From contig JAZDDX010000006.1 of NCBI GenBank assembly GCA_043809315.1, forward strand, positions 1 through 19,416: a stretch of DNA of 19,416 bases. The letters are read 5' to 3'. Below are positions 15,963 through 19,416 of this stretch, in pieces; within the stretch, counting starts at the first letter, position 1; every line of letters begins with the position of its first letter. The notes beneath the pieces are model-generated. The model searched no databases. It saw only the letters and a list, made by a program, of their open reading frames with translations, and was not told where the DNA came from. Source of the DNA: Pseudomonadota bacterium (GTDB lineage Bacteria; Bdellovibrionota_G; JALEGL01; DATDPG01). The translations under genes were made by a program, and so were the position numbers.

Positions 15963-17666
15963 ATGCCGCTCGACCTCCGCTCCTCCGAGCGTACCGGCCT
16001 CGAACAGCGCCTTCGGCAGCTGATCTGGGCTCGTCTCGCGATCGCCTCTGCCTTGTCCGGCGCAACGCTCGCCTTCCGCCCGGGGGGCGGGGTCGAAACG
16101 ATCTTCGGTCCGTCGTCGATGGTGGCGATGCTCGTCGTCACGTTGACGCATCTGTTCATGGGGATCGCCTTTCTCCTGATCTTCAAGTTCTGGAAAGTGG
16201 GATCACTGTCCCGTTTCGCGTTCATCCAGATCGTCTGGGATCTTTTGTTTGCGACGGCGCTGGTCTCGATCACGGGGGGGATCGAGAGCCAATTCTGGTT
16301 CCTCTACTGGCTCACGATCCTGAATGCGGCTTTTCTTTTGTTCCGGGCAGGCGCGTTTTCGGCTGCCGCGTTGAGCGGCATCTTTTACGCGACGCTAGTC
16401 GACCTGCAATACTTCCGCCATATCCCCGCCTTTCTGAACATCGTCGGGGATCCCCCCAGCTGGCAGGAGACCAAAGTGATCGCGTCGATCGTCTTGAATG
16501 CGATCGGGTTCGGCGTCGTCGGGCTGGTTTCGAGCCTGATCGCCTCCACCTACCGAGATACGGAGACGAGGCTGGCGGAGAAGAGTCTCGAAGTGGAGGA
16601 CCTCGAGGCGTTGATGGTCCGGATCGTCGAGAGCTTAACGAGCGGTCTCGTGACACTCGATTCGCAGGGGAAGATCAACTACTGGAACGGCACGGCGGAG
16701 GAGATCACGCAACTCCGGAATCGGGAAGTCCGCGGGAAAAAGTTCGCGGAACTGTTCCCCGACTCGAAAGAACATCTCGAGAAAGATCTGCGCGGAGGTC
16801 GCGGAGACGAACGGCCATGGATATGGGAGATGATCTTTCGCCGGCGCGACGGGAGTGAGCGAATTCTGGGATTTTCCGTGACCGGTTTGCGCCATGGCGA
16901 TGAAACGGTGCGCGGGACACTGATCATGTTCCAGGATTTGACGCACTACCGGGAGATGGAAAATCGGGTGAAGCGGGCCGACCGGCTGGCGGTGGTGGGA
17001 GAACTCGCCGCGCGAATGGCGCACGAGATCCGGAATCCGCTGACATCGGTGTCGGGGGCGATCGAGGTTTTGCGCAGCGAACGGTCCGCATCTCCGGAAG
17101 ATCGGCGGTTGATGGACATCGTGGTGCGGGAGACCGATCGCTTGAACTTCCTGTTGACCGATTTTCTCCTGTACGCCCGGCCGACGCCGCCCCAGTTCGA
17201 GGATGTCTCCCTGGACCGGGTCGTCCAGGAGACAGTCGACCTGTTCGCCAGCAGCCTTGGAGATACGCGTGTGCGCCTGAAGGCTGATCTGGAGCCGAAC
17301 ATCGGTCTCTGGGGGGATTCGAAGAGGCTCTGTCAGCTGGTCTGGAATTTGATCAAGAACGCGTCGGAGTCGATGGGGAAAGACGGAGGCGAGGTCTCGG
17401 TCCGATTGCAGGAAGATCCCAAGAGAGGTGACATCACCATCGAGGTGCGTGATCAGGGCCCGGGGATTTCATCGGAGATCCGGGAGAAGGTGTTTCAGCC
17501 GTTTTTCACGACCAAAAGCAAGGGGAGCGGTCTCGGACTTGCGGTGGTGCACCGGATCGCCGAGGAGCACGGAGGGTCGGTCTCCGTCGAGAACGGAACC
17601 GGCGGCGGCGCGATCTTCCGGGCGGTTTTTCCCCGCCGACGGGACCGAATCTCAGGGGAGGCATAG
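15963..17666 (+). CDS. pilS: Membrane sensor histidine kinase with PAS domain
   Basis: About six N-terminal TM segments including TGGIESQF, a PAS domain, H-box AHEIRNPL, N-box NLIKNA, and DQGPGI / FFTTK / GSGLGL. Lies between pilC and pilR. Confidence 0.9.
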   Translation: MPLDLRSSERTGLEQRLRQLIWARLAIASALSGATLAFRPGGGVETIFGPSSMVAMLVVTLTHLFMGIAFLLIFKFWKVGSLSRFAFIQIVWDLLFATALVSITGGIESQFWFLYWLTILNAAFLLFRAGAFSAAALSGIFYATLVDLQYFRHIPAFLNIVGDPPSWQETKVIASIVLNAIGFGVVGLVSSLIASTYRDTETRLAEKSLEVEDLEALMVRIVESLTSGLVTLDSQGKINYWNGTAEEITQLRNREVRGKKFAELFPDSKEHLEKDLRGGRGDERPWIWEMIFRRRDGSERILGFSVTGLRHGDETVRGTLIMFQDLTHYREMENRVKRADRLAVVGELAARMAHEIRNPLTSVSGAIEVLRSERSASPEDRRLMDIVVRETDRLNFLLTDFLLYARPTPPQFEDVSLDRVVQETVDLFASSLGDTRVRLKADLEPNIGLWGDSKRLCQLVWNLIKNASESMGKDGGEVSVRLQEDPKRGDITIEVRDQGPGISSEIREKVFQPFFTTKSKGSGLGLAVVHRIAEEHGGSVSVENGTGGGAIFRAVFPRRRDRISGEA

Positions 17667-17672
17667 GACGAT

Positions 17673-19055
17673 ATGGCGCGACTGTTGGTGGTGGACGACG
17701 AGCAGTCGATCCGGGAGTTTTTCGAGATCCTTCTCGCGCGGGAGGGGTATAACGTCGACGTCGTTTCCGGCGGGCGCGAGGCGATCGACCGGATTTCCGA
17801 TCAGATCTACGACCTGGTGATCACCGACCTCGCGATGCCCGGCGTGGACGGTATGGCGGTTCTCGATCGGGTCAAGGAGGTCTCCCCCGAGACGCTGGTA
17901 TTGATGATCACGGCATATGCCACGGCGGAGTCGGCGGTCGAGGCGATGAAGCGCGGGGCCTACGACTATTTGATGAAGCCGTTCAAGGTGGACGAGATCC
18001 GGCTCGTCATCCAGAAAGCGCTCGAAACCCGACGTCTGCGTGACGAGAATGCGAAGCTCAAAACGCGGTTGAAGGGGGGGCGGGAGTTCCTGGGAGTGAG
18101 TGAGAAGATGAAGCAGGTCTTCGACCGGATCGACCGGATCGCCGCCGGACGTTCCAGCGTCCTGATCTTGGGAGAGAGCGGGACCGGCAAAGAGCTGGTG
18201 GCGCGTGCGATCCACGAGAAATCCCCGCGCTCGGGCAAGCCGTACGTTTCGATCAACTGCGCCGCGATCCCGGAAAGCCTGATCGAGAGCGAGTTGTTCG
18301 GATACCTCAAAGGGGCGTTCACCGGAGCGATGACGAACAAGATGGGGCTCTTCGAAGCCGCGCATCAGGGAACGCTTTTCCTCGACGAGATCGGCGAGTT
18401 GCCGGCCGCGGTGCAGGTGAAGTTGCTGCGCGTGTTGCAGGAGAGGGTGCTCCGGCGGGTCGGGAGCACGACCTCGACCCCGGTCGATGTCCGGATCGTC
18501 TGCGCGACGAACCGCAATCTGGAAGCCGATGTTCAAACGGGGCGCTTCCGCGAAGACCTGTTCTACCGTTTGAACGTGATTCAGATCCAGGTGCCGTCGT
18601 TGCGGGACCGACCGGAGGACATCCCGATCCTGGCGAAACATTTTCTCGAACGATACAGCGCGGAGCACGGGAAAAAGATCACCGAGATCGCGCCGGACGC
18701 GCTCGAACGGCTGATGGCCTATCCGTTTCCCGGGAATGTCCGGGAACTGGAGAACATGATCGAACAAAGCGTTGCGTTCGAGACCTCGGGGGTGGTCCGT
18801 CTCGAATCGTTGCCGGAGAAGATCCGAGGGGAGATCAAGGGGGGCCTGGAGGTGGTTCGATCGTTGCCGCGCGAGGGGGTCGATCTCGAAAGGACCATCC
18901 ATCGGTACGAGAAGGCGTTGATCGTCGAGGCGCTTGCGGCCACGGGGGGGGTTCGGAAGAGGGCGGCCGAACTATTGAAGATCAGTTTCCGATCGTTACG
19001 GTACCGCCTCTTGAAGCACGGCCTGGCTTCCAAGGAGGAGGCTGAAGACGAATAA
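17673..19055 (+). CDS. pilR: Sigma54-dependent response regulator (REC-AAA+-Fis HTH)
   Basis: VVDDE, TDLAMPG, GESGTGKE, intact GAFTGA, LFLDEIGE, FREDLFYRLNV, FPGNVREL and C-terminal AAELLKISFRSLRYRL (PilR-like HTH). Confidence 0.92.
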   Translation: MARLLVVDDEQSIREFFEILLAREGYNVDVVSGGREAIDRISDQIYDLVITDLAMPGVDGMAVLDRVKEVSPETLVLMITAYATAESAVEAMKRGAYDYLMKPFKVDEIRLVIQKALETRRLRDENAKLKTRLKGGREFLGVSEKMKQVFDRIDRIAAGRSSVLILGESGTGKELVARAIHEKSPRSGKPYVSINCAAIPESLIESELFGYLKGAFTGAMTNKMGLFEAAHQGTLFLDEIGELPAAVQVKLLRVLQERVLRRVGSTTSTPVDVRIVCATNRNLEADVQTGRFREDLFYRLNVIQIQVPSLRDRPEDIPILAKHFLERYSAEHGKKITEIAPDALERLMAYPFPGNVRELENMIEQSVAFETSGVVRLESLPEKIRGEIKGGLEVVRSLPREGVDLERTIHRYEKALIVEALAATGGVRKRAAELLKISFRSLRYRLLKHGLASKEEAEDE

Positions 19056-19071
19056 GAAGGGATCCTTAAGG

Positions 19072-19108
19072 TGACAATAATTGTCCATGGATCGGACGAA
19101 ATTTGTCA
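19072..19108. promoter_or_regulatory. Tandem enhancer (UAS) sites upstream of pilA, putative PilR sites
   Basis: TGACAA TAA TTGTCC (19072-19086) and GGACGA AAT TTGTCA (19094-19108) have centres 22 bp apart and lie roughly 100-120 bp upstream of the -24 GG. An extra half-site TTGTCA is at 19141-19146. Confidence 0.72.
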
Positions 19109-19150
19109 CTTCAACGGGGTTGCCCCTTGATCTCGCAAGGTTGTCAGATA

Positions 19151-19175
19151 TAACTTGCTGTTTTAATTGTTGATA
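19151..19175 (-). promoter_or_regulatory. IHF-like site(s) between the UAS and the sigma54 promoter
   Basis: Minus strand TATCAACAATTAA (19163-19175) has one mismatch to WATCAANNNNTTR and AAACAGCAAGTTA (19151-19163) has two, both in an AT-rich tract. Confidence 0.55.
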
Positions 19176-19198
19176 TTATCCTCCTTAGGTCGTGTCGA

Positions 19199-19215
19199 TT
19201 GGCATGGACCTTGCT
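19199..19215 (+). promoter_or_regulatory. Sigma54 (-24/-12) promoter of pilA
   Basis: TTGGCATGGACCTTGCT has GG at 19201-19202 and GC at 19213-19214 with N10 spacing, directly downstream of pilR. Confidence 0.88.
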
Positions 19216-19263
19216 CACGCTCGACGACAGCAGTTGTAGAACCAATTTCTAGAGGAGGAGTTC

Positions 19264-19416
19264 ATGAAAACAAACAAGAAGGGCTTCACGCTGATCGAGT
19301 TGATGATCGTCGTGGCCATCATCGGGATCTTGGCCGCGGTGGCCATCCCCGCATTCCTAAAGTACGTGCGGACCTCGAAGACCGTCGAGGCTTCGACCAA
19401 CCTTCGCAAGATGTAT
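19264..19416 (+). CDS. pilA: Type IVa major pilin, 5' part only; not in the ORF track
   Basis: [51 protein letters not shown]...: class III signal peptide, G|F cleavage site, E5, P22. Strong SD GAGGAGGAG. Confidence 0.95.
   Translation, partial: MKTNKKGFTLIELMIVVAIIGILAAVAIPAFLKYVRTSKTVEASTNLRKMY

Noticed and set aside
17652..18902. 416-aa - strand ORF (likewise 5177-6253, 9904-10812, 13719-14678 and 14570-15388)
   Set aside because: Antisense to well-supported genes and lacking domain motifs.
19285..19416. Geobacter-type conductive e-pilin (F1, F24, Y27)
   Set aside because: These aromatics are common to many type IVa pilins, position 32 is Lys, and the gene is truncated so length and aromatic density cannot be judged.
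1..19416. CRISPR arrays, tRNA/rRNA, transposases, phage or defence genes
   Set aside because: No regularly spaced repeats, RNA-gene signatures or matching protein motifs were seen; all intergenic gaps are short, about 210 bp or less.

Overview
GC-rich bacterial chromosomal window with a deltaproteobacterial-type gene set; a Myxococcota/Bdellovibrionota-like origin is my inference from gene content and order. Left to right: two tandem fibronectin type III (FN3) repeat lipoproteins (the first is cut by the window edge and absent from the ORF track) behind a near-consensus sigma54 promoter; hemE-hemY without hemH between them; a secreted M4/M36-like metallopeptidase; a 54-aa zinc-ribbon protein also missing from the ORF track; a membrane Ser/Thr kinase with PEGA repeats; a TMTC-like GT-C glycosyltransferase/TPR protein abutting ribF; and a type IVa pilus cluster pilB-pilT-pilC-pilS-pilR-pilA (pilA partial). 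The best non-coding signal is a TGACAA-N3-TTGTCA palindrome. It occurs as a tandem pair upstream of the sigma54 pilA promoter and again on the -35 box of the pilB promoter, suggesting PilR both activates pilA and represses its own operon. The most speculative idea is a surface-protein O-glycosylation system in which the TMTC-like enzyme acts on the Thr-rich FN3 lipoproteins and/or pilin. No rRNA, tRNA, CRISPR array or mobile element was seen.
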